64,000 nucleotides of DNA. Source: Spizellomyces punctatus DAOM BR117. Its lineage: Eukaryota. The notes beneath the pieces were generated by a model. It ran no database searches and was not told the DNA's origin. It saw only the letters and a list, made by a program, of their open reading frames with translations. This document shows, one piece after another, positions 62,916 through 64,000 of this stretch. Each line of letters begins with the position of its first letter. The stretch's first letter is position 1. Made by a program: the position numbers and the translations under genes. The stretch lies in NCBI GenBank assembly GCA_000182565.2, contig KQ257451.1; one strand, 5' to 3'.

Positions 62916-64000
62916 TTATGGTCGCACCCCGAATCGATGCGGCACTTTACTCTCGTTTATAAATATTCTCCCTTCATCTGATCTAGCATTTAAATGGAGG
63001 GCTGCATTGAGTGAATTCTTGGGTGTTTTCCGACGCCTTCGACAGCAGCAAAACAGGTTAGCCGCCACGTCTGATCAAACATAATGTCTGAATCCACCTA
63101 CCCCATTGGATATAATCCTCTCCTTTCAATCTCGTGAAATATCTCATCACAGGTTCGTAAACCCCCCAAATGCTTCAACGCAATCAGTGCGGCATCTGCC
63201 CAACTTTGATTTGTCGCGGATCGAGAGTCCCGTTCAGCAATTCCTGGTCTAAAATCCCATACTTTTACCAAGCCGTCGTCTGAACCGCTGACGATCATTT
63301 CCGCCGTGCAGTCTACGGCATTGACGTCGCCGACGTGTGATTTGAGCGTATGTAAGAGTTTCAAGGTTGTGAGGGACCAGATACGGACGGTCTATGAACG
63401 CAATGTTATATGGCTTGGGTTGTCCAGTGAAAAATATGCGCTGACACTCACGTTATCGTATGCACCCGTAATGAGCCTTCCGCAACTGGTTTGCAGGCAT
63501 CTAACACCATCTGTGTGTCCTTTGAGTTCGACGATACTGCAATCTTTCCTTTTAATGGCACCATGACTCCGCTTGGCTACAGCTGAAATCTCCTCGTTGG
63601 GTTTCCAGACTAATATAATTCCTTTCTCGTCCCCGGTTACAATCCGTCCATTGTCCAGCATCCTAAGGCTAGTGATCGTACTCTTGTGTAGCTCAAGCCG
63701 AGCGACCAGTGAGTAGCTATTTCTGGACCACACGTATATGTCATCTTCCACTGCCGCATAGATGTAGGAAGAGTTAAAGTCCACACTATGGACACTGTTT
63801 CGTGTCGAGTCTGGGATTGAGAGGTTGCGAACAGGCTGCAATGTTTGTCGATTCCATAGTTGGATACCGCTGGTCATGGTACCCACGGCAAGAAGCGATG
63901 CAGATGTCCGGATGCAGATGACGGATGACGGGTGCCGAAGTATCATGTTCGGCCGGGTAGTCATATGGAGTCCTCCGAGATGGTATTCCCATATTTTGAC
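62916..64000 (-). CDS. WD40-repeat protein with C-terminal HARE-HTH-like domain; 5' part outside the window
   Basis: WD repeats (LKGHTDGVRCL..LITGAYD, SHVGDVNAVD..IVSGSDDGLVKVWD), then SWADAALIALKHLGGLRTCDEIFHEIERRGLYPMG-RRKTPKNSLNAAL. Confidence 0.8.

Overview
Eukaryotic, intron-rich genomic DNA from a flagellated early-diverging fungus. The chytrid-like assignment is inferred from AHI1/jouberin occurring alongside fungal-type CEG1, CSL, tricalbin and DUF4246 genes. The window holds about 20 protein genes and a partial tRNA-Ser. Conserved genes: capping guanylyltransferase, PPR protein, SPAK/OSR1-like kinase, RPS28, RPS14, PrxQ, AHI1, OLA1, CDC37, heme-thiolate peroxidase, PCK1, RAB3GAP2-like, tricalbin, CSL and a WD40 protein. 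A more accessory block at ~22.7-34.3 kb contains a dispersed repeat family, an intronless DUF4246 gene and the most striking locus: a ~1084-aa membrane-anchored protein built from bacterial-adhesin-like Ig/cadherin repeats, with five phase-2 introns at domain starts and no visible signal peptide. Other notable signals: a switch-like RNA structure in RPS14 intron 2, a >1000-aa disordered tail on the capping enzyme, three CCG-N7-CCG sites upstream of PCK1, a ~100-bp E-box-carrying MITE-like family, and an oscillating CA-rich/GT-rich skew across ~34-53 kb. All calls come from reading the sequence by eye; no searches were run and some exon boundaries are approximate.
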